Shown here piece by piece: positions 21,058 through 31,667 of a DNA stretch of 64,000 nt. The notes under the pieces are model-generated. The model searched no databases and had not been told where the DNA came from. It saw only the letters and a program-made list of their open reading frames with translations. Made by a program: the position numbers and the translations under genes. This DNA is from a virus (taxonomy: Duplodnaviria > Heunggongvirae > Uroviricota > Caudoviricetes): the IMG/VR virus record IMGVR_UViG_3300000976_000008, positions 344,350 to 408,349 of that record. One strand, 5' to 3'. Every line of letters begins with the position of its first letter. The stretch's first letter is position 1.

Positions 21058-21506
21058 TATTCGCCGCTTTCTTGACCCTCAGTTTTCTTAGATAGAGATT
21101 CCTGCTCTTCCAAGTCTTTCCAAGAATCTAAGAGATCACCAAGAACAATTTTTCCATCATTCACTGACATATTGTAAACGCCAATTGTGTACCGTTCAGG
21201 CACAAGTGGTTCTTCATCATCTTCGGATACGAAAACGTCAGGATGATTAACACTAAGGAATTGAAGGAATGCCTTGGAATCATTTAGAACATCGTTGAAC
21301 ATTTCAGGGGCAGAATCCAACACTGCCTGCATCTGTTCTTTTGTTAATGCTCTATCACCATGTGTGAGAGGGGATTGCCAGAATCTGTCGAAACTGGCTT
21401 TCCATAACGTGACCATAGCGGTTCTACTCTGATCAACGTCTTTGATGCGAGCATTCGCTGCAGCAACTTGATCAAAACCACTTTCAACTTGTGTGTATTT
21501 ACCCAT
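21057..21506 (-). CDS. Hypothetical protein (possible fibre chaperone)
   Basis: Coupled ORF downstream of a fibre gene. Confidence 0.55.
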   Translation of the reverse strand: MGKYTQVESGFDQVAAANARIKDVDQSRTAMVTLWKASFDRFWQSPLTHGDRALTKEQMQAVLDSAPEMFNDVLNDSKAFLQFLSVNHPDVFVSEDDEEPLVPERYTIGVYNMSVNDGKIVLGDLLDSWKDLEEQESLSKKTEGQESGE

Positions 21507-21687
21507 CGCCTTTTGCCTGTTTCTCTTTCATCGCTTTCAAGAGTTTGGTCCTGAGAGGCCAGAATTGAGCTGCTGCTGCCATAGAATCTTGACTCTTCTT
21601 AACAGCGACATCAGCAGCAGATAAAATTAGTTCAATTTCGACACCTGAGAGTGGAATTTCAAAAACATCAGCAGTTGGTTCAACCAT
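21499..21687 (-). CDS. Small hypothetical protein (possible fibre chaperone)
   Basis: AGAGG SD; follows the fibre gene. Confidence 0.55.
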   Translation of the reverse strand: MVEPTADVFEIPLSGVEIELILSAADVAVKKSQDSMAAAAQFWPLRTKLLKAMKEKQAKGDG

Positions 21688-21720
21688 ATCACGCCTCTAA
21701 CTCAATAATAAACGTGATAT

Positions 21721-24588
21721 CTACGCAAAAGTGATAGAAGACAACGTCCCACCATCATTAACCCACAGTTTAATAGTTCCAGATGTTGTATTCTTCCAGA
21801 TAGTTCCGAAGCCGTCGTCAATTTGGGCAGGTACAGGATCTGCAGCATCTGAGTACATTTGCAATTCTAAGGTTGAAGCAGAAGATAGCTTAGTCTTATA
21901 AGCACCTAAGTCAGCATCCCAATCGTGAAGTTCAAGAGCACCACCAGTAGAGTGCTGAATCTTGTACCCATTGACGTTCGACCAAATCCTAGCATTCTCA
22001 TATAAAGAGTAAGAATTAGCTGACGATGTGCGAAGACGGAAAATGTTCGTAACACCAGTTCCCATCACATCTGGTTCTAATGTGAATGTAGTACCAGCAT
22101 GTGATAAGAGCAATCTCTCATAATTTGTCTCATCAGTATACGCTGAATAGAGAGAGAAATCAGGAGTTACAGTTCCTTGTAATCGTAATGGGCCTTGCAT
22201 CCGAACTCTGTCATTTGCAGCATCAACAAACAAAGCATGTGTCAGATTATTAGTTTCAACTCTGAAGCTAGCACCACTAAAACCGCTATCATTAATAACG
22301 CATTGAGTATTCCAAGCTAACCTGTGGTGAATTGTACCGTTTCTAGTGAAGAACCATTGATTGAAAGTCTGTTCAAGACGAGCTTTCACAGTAACAAATT
22401 CTGGATCATCAGTAGTATTCAAACTCTGATCAAACGGATTAGTACCATCAAGTAGATTGTGATCTGTTCCAGCATCATCCGTAAAGTAAAGAATATTGGG
22501 ACTATCACTCTTAAGCCAGAGATATCCCATACCAGCAGCAGGAACTGATGAATGATCAGCAGATTCTGCGAAAATCAAATCCTTAGTTAAATTAAGGCTA
22601 CCAGCAGAATCAACATTTAACAAAATGTTCCTATTTGTAGGGTCATCATAAACTCTAAATAGATCAGCAGTTTGCCCCACAGCTCCAATTGCACCAAGAG
22701 GACAACGAGTAACAGAACTATTTGAGAAAGCAGATTCAGTACCGTATAAAATTTTCAATTGGGTCGCAGATACTGGGCCAACTCCAAAGTATCTGTCTTT
22801 ATCGGTGCTAAACCAATCAGCATCCAAAGGATGTGAATAAGAGAAACCACCATCCGCTTTCAATTGAAGTTGGTAATTTGAGGAACCAGCTTTAATAGTT
22901 AGATCTCTTTCAACACCAGTTCCTACAGATTCACCAACAATCATATGATCATCGCCGGTCTGAGTGAAAAATCTCAACCTCTCATAATTCGTTGCATCAG
23001 TATAAAAATTATACACAGCAAAAGATTGAGGATTTGAACCATCTCTAGATGCCATAGAACCTGCAGCATCTCGATAAAGCTTAATATCAGGTGTGCCAGT
23101 AGCAGAAGCAGTTGATGACCAACCCATCCAACTAGTAGCACGCTGGGCTAGTCCGCCAAGACCCAAGCTCAAGTATTCATAGTCATCCCAATTACCAATA
23201 CCAATTCCAGCATGGGCCGTTATACCATACCCATTTCCACGGAACATAGCATGTTGTCCAGTGGTAGAACTAAGAAATCTCACTTCGCCAGGCACTGATC
23301 CTTCAGCACCAACATGTGCAGCGTCAAACACAACCTCATCTGTCTTATTAAGATCTTGGTCAAAAACAGGTGAAAAAGCACCTCTAGACCCGTCAGCTAA
23401 AGCATACTGTGTGTGATCATCATCCAATAGACCTGTCAGAGCACCATGATCTGTAACGCCGCCAGCAGATCTCTGCTCCCATTGTGGTGTTCCATCATCT
23501 ACAAAGAGATAATCGGAATCAGTGCTATCATCATAAGTCACCCAGCCCTCTGAAGGAGTGACACCAACCCATGATGCACCGTCATATTCAACTATCTGAT
23601 TATTTGATGCACTGTCCCAAGCAGCGTTTACGGGAATTTCAGTGCCCAAAATGTATCTGTCACCATCCACCTCTGTTGGAGGAATAGCAGATGCATCAAC
23701 AACAGCTAAAACAGCAGCTCTTCTACTAATACCACTTTCTATAGCACCAATTCGAGAATTAATCGCAAGGACATCTAGATCAAGAACGTCAATTCGAGAA
23801 TTGATCGCAGTTAGATCGATGTCGGCAAACTCTAGATCTTCTCCATTAGCAGAGAATTTAAAGAATTTATCAGCTCTTGAAGCAGCATTATCTGTCGGAA
23901 TATCAACTAAATCAGAGCCAACCATCAATTTGTCAGCTATTGAATTTCCTAGAGAAGGTGTATTATCAAAATCACCCGAACCGCCTCTTCTGATCAAAAC
24001 CGTATAAGAATCTGCGGTATTGAAAGTGGTATTAGATAAAATGATAGCTGTCGGAGCATCAGCAGAATTCAGAGAGACATCATCAGGGTCTAACAAAGAT
24101 CCATTCTTGTAGACGAAGACTTTCGAATCTGAATGGACTAGGCCCCGAGATTCTGTAGGTATTGGTATCGATGTCTCGTTATCAGTGGTGAACAAACCAC
24201 TGAAACAAATCTCAGGAGATATAGAAGCTAATGTTTCAGTTACTTCATCATACCAGTCAGAAAGAGAAAATATTTCTCCCTCTGACGATTCTTGAAGAGC
24301 AATTGTGTCTGCAAGACCAATGAAACCAGAATTAACCCTAATCTTAGATTGAAAAGAATTAAGATCGAACCAAGGAGTTCCAACTCTATATTGGGTGGGT
24401 TCGCAAAAACTGGCTTGTTGTGATAACAATCCTGTCAGGTACAACCGCATATGGTCGTATCTGGCCTGACTACCAGGCATTGCAAAATCATCATGATCTT
24501 GACTAGCGATTCCCACATCATTAGCAAAGTCGATCCTTGCAGATGGGAATCGGATTCTATTATCTGGCAATATAGATGCTGTGCTCAT
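21721..24588 (-). CDS. Tail fibre protein with DUF2793-like segment
   Basis: PPTEVDGDRYILG...WVGVTPSEGWV, DHGALTGLLDDDHTQY, repeated (F/Y)TDxTNYERL and FDQxLNxTD motifs. Confidence 0.8.
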   Translation of the reverse strand: MSTASILPDNRIRFPSARIDFANDVGIASQDHDDFAMPGSQARYDHMRLYLTGLLSQQASFCEPTQYRVGTPWFDLNSFQSKIRVNSGFIGLADTIALQESSEGEIFSLSDWYDEVTETLASISPEICFSGLFTTDNETSIPIPTESRGLVHSDSKVFVYKNGSLLDPDDVSLNSADAPTAIILSNTTFNTADSYTVLIRRGGSGDFDNTPSLGNSIADKLMVGSDLVDIPTDNAASRADKFFKFSANGEDLEFADIDLTAINSRIDVLDLDVLAINSRIGAIESGISRRAAVLAVVDASAIPPTEVDGDRYILGTEIPVNAAWDSASNNQIVEYDGASWVGVTPSEGWVTYDDSTDSDYLFVDDGTPQWEQRSAGGVTDHGALTGLLDDDHTQYALADGSRGAFSPVFDQDLNKTDEVVFDAAHVGAEGSVPGEVRFLSSTTGQHAMFRGNGYGITAHAGIGIGNWDDYEYLSLGLGGLAQRATSWMGWSSTASATGTPDIKLYRDAAGSMASRDGSNPQSFAVYNFYTDATNYERLRFFTQTGDDHMIVGESVGTGVERDLTIKAGSSNYQLQLKADGGFSYSHPLDADWFSTDKDRYFGVGPVSATQLKILYGTESAFSNSSVTRCPLGAIGAVGQTADLFRVYDDPTNRNILLNVDSAGSLNLTKDLIFAESADHSSVPAAGMGYLWLKSDSPNILYFTDDAGTDHNLLDGTNPFDQSLNTTDDPEFVTVKARLEQTFNQWFFTRNGTIHHRLAWNTQCVINDSGFSGASFRVETNNLTHALFVDAANDRVRMQGPLRLQGTVTPDFSLYSAYTDETNYERLLLSHAGTTFTLEPDVMGTGVTNIFRLRTSSANSYSLYENARIWSNVNGYKIQHSTGGALELHDWDADLGAYKTKLSSASTLELQMYSDAADPVPAQIDDGFGTIWKNTTSGTIKLWVNDGGTLSSITFA

Positions 24589-24614
24589 AACTGCTCCTAG
24601 ATCTGTTCAAACTA

Positions 24615-25748
24615 TTATACTAAGCCAGATCTGGTTCTCCGACCTGCTGAGAGAGTTTTGGGAGACGCAGCGGCAGCAGCAGCTTGTTCTGGAGGTGCTG
24701 GAGGAGGTGCAACTGGTGCAGCGGCAGGAGCAGCAGGTGTCGGTGTTGGAACAGCCCCAGGAACTTGTGGGCCATTCATCTGCTTAGCAACTTCACTCTC
24801 CTGATTCTCAGGAGAGATTGCCTGAGCAATATCTCTAATCGCACCTTCTTGTTCCTTCATCTCCGCCTGTTTTTGCCGCAGTGAACCTGGTGCTTCGCCC
24901 TTCGCGAAGTCTAGCATGTTCGTGAGCTGATCTTCAAAATCGCGTGGATTAGCGAGAGTTTCAGCCGTAACACGAGCAATCGGTTGCGGAGCACCTGTTG
25001 TGGCGTTATCAATATACAAAATAATAGCAAGACCATCATCAGATTTCTTCCACTGAATTCCTTGCTGCTTCAACTGTTCTTGAAGGGGACCAATACCCAT
25101 TTGTTGTCCAAGAACTTGCAAGGCTCTAGCAAACTGATTGAAAAGATCACCTGGCTGAGAATTGTCTGGAGTAGCCATACCACTCAATGTTTCAGACAAG
25201 ACTCGATCGAATGAGTTTTCTTGTTCTTCGGTGGGCAATTCGAATGCTAGCTTTATCCTGCTTTCAAATCGCAAAGGGAGGCGTTTTTTGACCTCTCTCG
25301 TGACTTTCTCGGCCACTACTTTTTTAGATTTTGGTTTCTTCTCAGATTCAACTATTTCTTTAGCCAATTCTGTGAAGCTTGGACGACTCTTTGGTAAGGC
25401 GAGAGGAACCTGAGAAAATGCATCGTTGATGCGGTCTTTGAATGGCATCTTAATTTCTTCCTCTCCAGCTTCAGCTAGAATTTGTTTGATCTCTGACTCG
25501 GTTATTGCTTTTAGTGAAACTGCTAGAATATTGCCGCCACGAACTTTTCTCATCTCAAGGTGAATATTTCCAGCACTTGTCATTGGTCTCAGATGTTCAA
25601 CGAGACCATTTAGTGCAGACCTATTCTTCTTAAAGAGCATAAATCCTTGGATATCTGATTCATCACATACAAGATCATACTTGACGTTGTTCTGTTCACA
25701 CCACGAATCTATCGCGAAACAGACTTCCCTGAGTTGAGGATTTATCAT
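24615..25748 (-). CDS. Hypothetical protein (putative internal head protein)
   Basis: Multiple I/L/V-X-E motifs and a Pro/Ala-rich tail. Confidence 0.6.
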   Translation of the reverse strand: MINPQLREVCFAIDSWCEQNNVKYDLVCDESDIQGFMLFKKNRSALNGLVEHLRPMTSAGNIHLEMRKVRGGNILAVSLKAITESEIKQILAEAGEEEIKMPFKDRINDAFSQVPLALPKSRPSFTELAKEIVESEKKPKSKKVVAEKVTREVKKRLPLRFESRIKLAFELPTEEQENSFDRVLSETLSGMATPDNSQPGDLFNQFARALQVLGQQMGIGPLQEQLKQQGIQWKKSDDGLAIILYIDNATTGAPQPIARVTAETLANPRDFEDQLTNMLDFAKGEAPGSLRQKQAEMKEQEGAIRDIAQAISPENQESEVAKQMNGPQVPGAVPTPTPAAPAAAPVAPPPAPPEQAAAAAASPKTLSAGRRTRSGLV

Positions 25749-26305
25749 TGCGTCATCCTTCTAGCAGCTCTTGAAGGCAATCTAGGAGTGTTATCATATT
25801 TCCAGTTAGCCAAACCAACCAGATTTGATCGCTTTCCTTCAACCATGATAACACCAGTGCCACATAAATCCTCGCCGAGTGTTTTGAAATGATTGGTAAA
25901 ATGCAAAACAATCGAACTTATGAAATCTTCTAAATTCGGGTTTAAAAGAGTATGTGTGGCATATTTATTATTAAACTGCCTCAAAAATCTCTCATGCGGT
26001 GAAGTAATTTTCCAAACGCCCTTATGAATGTCAGGCGATATTATAAATTTTTTGGTTTTGTAACCAACCTTACAACCATCTCTACTTATACCAACATTCA
26101 GAGATGGTCGTTCTCTCCTAATTCCTAAAGCCAAATCGCCATTCATTCTTTGAGTGACTATTTTCAATTGGCTTTCTAGATTAGAAACTTCTTGTCTTGC
26201 GGCATTCAATTGTATACGAATAGCCCTGGCTTTCTCCACAGGACTCATCCCACGGGGGTCCGATTCCTCGAAGAGGACATCTAGACTAGTGTGGAACGTT
26301 GGCAT
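25745..26305 (-). CDS. Hypothetical protein
   Basis: GGAG SD; coupled ORF. Confidence 0.6.
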   Translation of the reverse strand: MPTFHTSLDVLFEESDPRGMSPVEKARAIRIQLNAARQEVSNLESQLKIVTQRMNGDLALGIRRERPSLNVGISRDGCKVGYKTKKFIISPDIHKGVWKITSPHERFLRQFNNKYATHTLLNPNLEDFISSIVLHFTNHFKTLGEDLCGTGVIMVEGKRSNLVGLANWKYDNTPRLPSRAARRMTQ

Positions 26306-26458
26306 ATCTTCTCCGCATGAATACTCAATTTATGTTTGAGCTGTAGAGAATGTAGAAGCAGCTCAGTTATGATTCTGTATTTACAACCTGTATGCAAACA
26401 GCCATGCCCATATTGAGCATGGCTGTTGAGAGCATTCACCCCACAGTGCATCAAGGTA

Positions 26459-26833
26459 TTAAGCTTGACCAAACGCTTGAGACATTCCCATGGCCATACC
26501 ACCAGTTGGGAGATCCATTTGGTCAGGAATCATGTCTGCCATATTTGAGATAACATCACTATCGGTTACTTCAAGAACTTCTTGAACATCTTGAATTTTA
26601 CCAATGAGATCTCTAGCTCTATCCGCTCCGCCAGCTCGTACAACTAATTCCTGAGCTAATGATAATAGCTCAGGGTCTGGTGGGCATTCACCCTCATCAA
26701 CATACGCACCATCAGGAGGGCCTTCGTCCCCAGGCATCATGAGCATACCAGCATCAGCATGGATGCTTGGTTCAGATGCCATAGTGGATGCAGGCACATC
26801 CTCCATGATAGCAAGTATTCTAGCGATTGACAT
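26459..26833 (-). CDS. Hypothetical acidic protein
   Basis: Coupled ORF; MSIARILAIME leader. Confidence 0.6.
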   Translation of the reverse strand: MSIARILAIMEDVPASTMASEPSIHADAGMLMMPGDEGPPDGAYVDEGECPPDPELLSLAQELVVRAGGADRARDLIGKIQDVQEVLEVTDSDVISNMADMIPDQMDLPTGGMAMGMSQAFGQA

Positions 26834-27087
26834 TAGGCTACTTTAACAATATAACCAAACTCTTCAGCAAGTCTCATGACTTGAAGAGTCTTCTTTGGAA
26901 GTTCAACTTGATCGTTAACATCTTCCATAATGGCCGAAGCAATTGCTGAAACTGATTCGACTTGAACACGAGATTCAAGAGGGTCAGTATTATGAGAACC
27001 AACGATTCTCAGGCCGAAATCTTTGATGCTCTCAGCAAAGACGTTAACGTCGCCCTTAGCAAGAACACGCAATGTAGAAAGTGTCAT
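26833..27087 (-). CDS. Hypothetical protein
   Basis: GAGGAG SD. Confidence 0.6.
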   Translation of the reverse strand: MTLSTLRVLAKGDVNVFAESIKDFGLRIVGSHNTDPLESRVQVESVSAIASAIMEDVNDQVELPKKTLQVMRLAEEFGYIVKVA

Positions 27088-27127
27088 AGTGGTCTCCTCA
27101 TGATGGTATCTTTGACCACCTAATTAC

Positions 27128-28126
27128 TTACTTTGCCGATGCTTCCAAGCCAATCGCAATATCTATCCATGCTCTTTGGAACTGATCCATAGATTTGATA
27201 GTATTATTGCCATATGCCATTGAAAGATGGCTAGACAATTGTTTGAACCAATCTAACCATGCATCTCTGTTCGAGACCGCAGTATCGTTGGAAACTTTCG
27301 TGTTTTTCAAGATAGTGGGAACATCCATATACTCACCAGAATTAATCTTGGAAGCAATCAACCTAAACGAAGCAGCAAGTCTTACCGCATCTTCTTGAAC
27401 TTGAGAAGACCCATAAGATGGTGACAGTTTCACCGCCTTAACCCACGAATAAGACTTTTGCTGCAATCCACTTAGGCTTACGTCGCCGCCACCGCCACCA
27501 TCACCACCATTCCAATCAGTTCCGCCACCTCCGTTATCATTCCAATCGGTCCCACCGCCACCATTACCGCCGCCGTCTTTACCACCAACAACTTGAACAG
27601 CTTTAACTTGGGTCTTTGTTCTTTGTTCAATTCCTACTACTTTTCCTTCTTCATCTGGTTTTGTGAAGACATAGGATGCTGTTAGAACAACAACATAAGT
27701 AGTATTCTCAGATCCTGTGCCAAAGATCACTCGACTACTATCCGGCCAAATGATAATCTTCTTAGCAGGCAGCACAGTCCAAGAGTATTGGACGGAGTAC
27801 AAATTATCTGGTTTAGCACTAGGTTTAATCCACAATTGGATTATATCACCAACGTTGAATGGCTTATCAGCACCCATTATTTCAGGTGTAGGAACTTCAA
27901 AACCATCATCAACAACAGCTAATGGTGGTGCTGGAGGAGTATCCTCTGCATCTGAAAGGACAAATTCAGATTCTTGGACTTCGCCAGTATATTCCTGAAT
28001 CGAAGAATCAACAGCAGGAATCCTAGCTGTTTGTAAACTCTCCTTGTTAAATTGCTGAAATGCAACGCCCGCAATAGTGAGTATTGCAATAACAAGCAAT
28101 TTGTTCGATTTTAAAAAGTTTCGCAT
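27128..28126 (-). CDS. Membrane-anchored protein with Gly-rich linker
   Basis: N-terminal TM/signal LLVIAILTIAGVAF; GGGGTDWN repeat x2. Confidence 0.65.
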   Translation of the reverse strand: MRNFLKSNKLLVIAILTIAGVAFQQFNKESLQTARIPAVDSSIQEYTGEVQESEFVLSDAEDTPPAPPLAVVDDGFEVPTPEIMGADKPFNVGDIIQLWIKPSAKPDNLYSVQYSWTVLPAKKIIIWPDSSRVIFGTGSENTTYVVVLTASYVFTKPDEEGKVVGIEQRTKTQVKAVQVVGGKDGGGNGGGGTDWNDNGGGGTDWNGGDGGGGGDVSLSGLQQKSYSWVKAVKLSPSYGSSQVQEDAVRLAASFRLIASKINSGEYMDVPTILKNTKVSNDTAVSNRDAWLDWFKQLSSHLSMAYGNNTIKSMDQFQRAWIDIAIGLEASAK

Positions 28127-28196
28127 TGTATCTTATCCAGGATCGGTATCTATCGAATCAAACAAGGAGAGTTGTCAGCCTAATCTTAAGGTTGGC

Positions 28197-28580
28197 TTAC
28201 AGATCGAATTGAAGATCTTTACTTTCGCCACCTTCTTCATCGTCTTTGCCCTTACCAAAGAGATTTCCAAGACCTTTCTTCGCAAGGTTGAAAGCACCTT
28301 CAATAGCACCAGGCAAAATACTATTTCTCAGCAATGGGTCAGCAACCCAATCTGGACCTGGTAGATCCAAAGGAACAACGTGTTCATCGTAGAGACGAGC
28401 ACCAGCATCCTTCATCAATCTCAAGTCTTCATCAGTAAGATCTTTCATCGCAACGAGCTGTACGGCATTACCCACAGCCATGATGAAGACCCAAACTTCA
28501 GACATTGAGACCTTACCGTCATCAAATGCATCCAAAGAAGCAACGATCACCTCTTTGAATTTGTCATAGTATGGATTCAC
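28197..28580 (-). CDS. Hypothetical protein (holin-like candidate)
   Basis: GGAGG SD, one hydrophobic helix and a charged C-terminus. Confidence 0.45.
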   Translation of the reverse strand: MNPYYDKFKEVIVASLDAFDDGKVSMSEVWVFIMAVGNAVQLVAMKDLTDEDLRLMKDAGARLYDEHVVPLDLPGPDWVADPLLRNSILPGAIEGAFNLAKKGLGNLFGKGKDDEEGGESKDLQFDL

Positions 28581-28665
28581 TTCGCACCTCCGGACAGATT
28601 GATCTAAGATTCATCATTTTAGATTTGCTGGAGATCGATAGCTTATCATTAAAGGTAGATATCGC

Positions 28666-29394
28666 ATGTCAGAAACAGAAAATGATATACCATTAGTCTC
28701 AGCTATAACATTAACCGGTAGGAATAATTTATCGGATTTGTTAAACTGTATCGAATGTTTTAAGGCACAAACATATCCATATAAGGAATTAATTATAATC
28801 AACAATGCTAGAAATCAACTAGCAGCTAGTGAATTGAATATCAAGGCGGAGAAGGATATATTCCTAATAGATACGCCAAATGAATTGACTACTGGTATGG
28901 CCAGAGCACATGGTATGGCAGCGGCAAACGGTCGAATAATAGCACAATTCGACGTTGATTATTGGCATGCACCAAATAGATTAGAAACCCAAATAGTAAA
29001 TCTTGGGCGGCAAAGTGCACACATATCAGTATTATCAAGATGCTTAGGATACAGTTTCGTTTCAGGTAGAGCCAGATACCATGAAAACGAAAAGAGAGCA
29101 ATCTTAGGAACAATGGTGCATATTAGACAGGCAGAAATAAATTATCAACCTGATCGAGATAAAAACGAAGAATTAGGATTCCTCGAAGATCTTACCAAAA
29201 AAGGTTATCAACCAATATCAATTGATTCTCCCGAACTATGTTGTAAACTAAACCTCACATCAGAAGGTAGAATCACAACACCAATAAATTCAGGGCTAAG
29301 TAAAGCTCACTTCAAAACGGTACAGGAAATGCTGACAAATCATCATTCTCCAAAGAATGCAGCACCAGAGATTCCAACAACTGCAGAGAATTAG
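28666..29394 (+). CDS. Glycosyltransferase family 2
   Basis: PLVSAIT...CIECFKAQTYPYKELIIINN...G.AR..G...ANGRIIAQFDVD. Confidence 0.88.
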   Translation: MSETENDIPLVSAITLTGRNNLSDLLNCIECFKAQTYPYKELIIINNARNQLAASELNIKAEKDIFLIDTPNELTTGMARAHGMAAANGRIIAQFDVDYWHAPNRLETQIVNLGRQSAHISVLSRCLGYSFVSGRARYHENEKRAILGTMVHIRQAEINYQPDRDKNEELGFLEDLTKKGYQPISIDSPELCCKLNLTSEGRITTPINSGLSKAHFKTVQEMLTNHHSPKNAAPEIPTTAEN

Positions 29395-29701
29395 GATCAG
29401 AAAGATCAACACTAATCTGTTTTTCGCCGTAACTGAACGACATTTTAGTAGGACCCTCTTTATTTTCAAAAAGAATCGTCGGATATCCTTGATTCATCAC
29501 CGACATGATAGATTGATTGATTAAATTACTTTTCTCTCTTTCAGTTAATTGCTCGAATTTGTCATCGGCTTTCTTTTGAGCCTCAACCAAGGCATCATAT
29601 TGAATACCTTTCGCAATAATTAATCCAAAACCCAAAGGATAATAGCCAACATTTCTATCCCTAAGAAATGTTCCGAGATGTTCTAGAACAGCCTCATTCA
29701 T
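29312..29701 (-). CDS. Hypothetical protein
   Basis: Start refined to MNEAVLEH to avoid overlap with the divergent gene. Confidence 0.5.
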   Translation of the reverse strand: MNEAVLEHLGTFLRDRNVGYYPLGFGLIIAKGIQYDALVEAQKKADDKFEQLTEREKSNLINQSIMSVMNQGYPTILFENKEGPTKMSFSYGEKQISVDLSDPNSLQLLESLVLHSLENDDLSAFPVPF

Positions 29702-29747
29702 AGATATATTGTTCAAAAATATGAATAGATAAACGAAAGAGGAACTC

Positions 29748-31667
29748 ATGCCTTCAATACTTGACAAGCTAAACAAAAAATTATCTCCTCTAACAGAATC
29801 AGAGGATATGGGATCATGGAAAGATCCCCACTCAGGTGCATACGACCGGCAAAGAGCCGAAGATGCATTATATCATACAATTGGCCCATTAACCGACTCA
29901 CCTACATGGGATACCAAAGATTGGTCGAGTAAAAGCGAACCAGTCGATGGATTCAGACCTGGAGCACCAGCTCCACAATGGACTCCTGAAGAATTAGTGT
30001 TCGCCTTCGCTGGCGATCCAAGTTTGTTATTCAAAGCAAGTGGTAATCCAAAAAGCCCCGGCTACGGTGATATGGGCGGTGCCCCTCTCTATCGTCTAGC
30101 TAGAAGAGTCGCAAACACATATGGTCGCGGCACAGATAAGTCATTCGTAGCAGATCTCTATAGCAATGGTTTCATCCCACTAACTCAGATGATGCAACCT
30201 GGCTACGATGAAAAACGTGGACCATTCATTTCGTACATCATGAGAACAGTTCAAAGTGCTATGGAACACGGAACTGGTGGTAGTACAACAGGTGATATGG
30301 CACAAGGCCACCAAAGTCAATTCTTCACAGATCCAGACGGTAACATGAGGAAAAGAAAGCCTGGAGATGCTGGAGAAGAAGGATGGACTGAACATTCTGC
30401 AATTGGAATCAAAGGTCTCCTCAAATTAACAGATCCACAGGCTGTAAGGCAGGCAGCACAAGTCGTCCAAGGAAAATATCAAACCGAAAAGCACCACGAT
30501 AAGCACCCAGGTAATCCATTTGGCGGCTTCTCTCCTCAATATTTCGGTCTCGCTAACCAATATGCTGATGCTCTTGAAGCTGGAAATCCAGAAGCCGTCG
30601 AAGCATCTCAAAATCAACTTCGACAGCTTCTAACAGATGTTGAAGATATGAATGCAAGCATTGGCGGAGCTTCAACAGGTCTCGGTCAAGCAGTTTCTAC
30701 ACCAAACAGAGGAAAATGTGCACTCTGCAAAGGTCAAGGAGCCATCAAAGATCCACGAGATCCAGAAGGTGGTCTCATAAAATGTGAAAAATGTGGTGGA
30801 GATGGTGTCGATGGTGTCGGTGTTCAAAGCATGGATGTTCCAGCCGATGATGGAAAAACAATGGCCGGAAACGTCCTCGGGGGAGATGACGGTGAAGATG
30901 GCACAGTTGATCCAGAGTCAATCGAGTACATCTTAGACCTAGCAATCAACCACGACCTTAGCAAGATCCTCGCAACCAGCGAAAAGTATAACGAACTTGC
31001 TACAATGTCTGGTGCGAAAGTTGATAAGAAGACTGGAAGAGCCAAACTTGGTGGCCCGATGACCGCTAACGAAATGAGATATCTCATTCGTTCGCTCGGA
31101 CCACTTGGTAGCAACTATCCCGGCAGAGGACGAGCCAGAGCAAACACCAAGATTCCTAGAGATGGTAAGAAATGGTGGCAACCTGGTGAAGACCCAGAAA
31201 TTGAACCACTAGCAGAAGGTGGAATGTGGCACTCTCTTTGGAGCAGAAACAACTACCCAACAATGGGTCCAACTGAAATAGCGGCTGAGATGACCAAAGA
31301 GGTCTTAGAATTCGAAAAAGTTGGAGTTGCTTCAGCAAGAGCAGCAAAAGTAGCTCAAAGCGGAACAGCCGTCTCAAAAGTGGCTATCTCGAACACTACA
31401 AAAGCTGGTCGAATTAAACTCATGATTATCGCAGATATTCATAGAGACCAGATTGGTGTAAGGGCAGAAGGGAAAAAATCATACCAAATTCCTCTGATGG
31501 AAGACTTGGACCCGATCGATTGTCATATGATTGCCACAGTCTGCGAATCGATGATTAGAAGAATTGACAGATCATTGCACAGCAACAAAATAGTTGCGTC
31601 ATGGAAGCCAAGGACTGGCGGAAATGTAACTAAGCTAATGACAGTGAATTCTTTGGAAATCAAATGA
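29748..31667 (+). CDS. Divergent sigma-70-like protein with DnaJ-type zinc finger insertion
   Basis: Region 2-like ADLYSNGFIPL...YDEKRGPFISYIMRTVQSAM; CALCKGQG and CEKCGGDG; region 3.2-like SMDVPADDGKTM; region 4-like TEIAAEM...VSKVAISNTTKAGRIKL. Confidence 0.55.
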   Translation: MPSILDKLNKKLSPLTESEDMGSWKDPHSGAYDRQRAEDALYHTIGPLTDSPTWDTKDWSSKSEPVDGFRPGAPAPQWTPEELVFAFAGDPSLLFKASGNPKSPGYGDMGGAPLYRLARRVANTYGRGTDKSFVADLYSNGFIPLTQMMQPGYDEKRGPFISYIMRTVQSAMEHGTGGSTTGDMAQGHQSQFFTDPDGNMRKRKPGDAGEEGWTEHSAIGIKGLLKLTDPQAVRQAAQVVQGKYQTEKHHDKHPGNPFGGFSPQYFGLANQYADALEAGNPEAVEASQNQLRQLLTDVEDMNASIGGASTGLGQAVSTPNRGKCALCKGQGAIKDPRDPEGGLIKCEKCGGDGVDGVGVQSMDVPADDGKTMAGNVLGGDDGEDGTVDPESIEYILDLAINHDLSKILATSEKYNELATMSGAKVDKKTGRAKLGGPMTANEMRYLIRSLGPLGSNYPGRGRARANTKIPRDGKKWWQPGEDPEIEPLAEGGMWHSLWSRNNYPTMGPTEIAAEMTKEVLEFEKVGVASARAAKVAQSGTAVSKVAISNTTKAGRIKLMIIADIHRDQIGVRAEGKKSYQIPLMEDLDPIDCHMIATVCESMIRRIDRSLHSNKIVASWKPRTGGNVTKLMTVNSLEIK

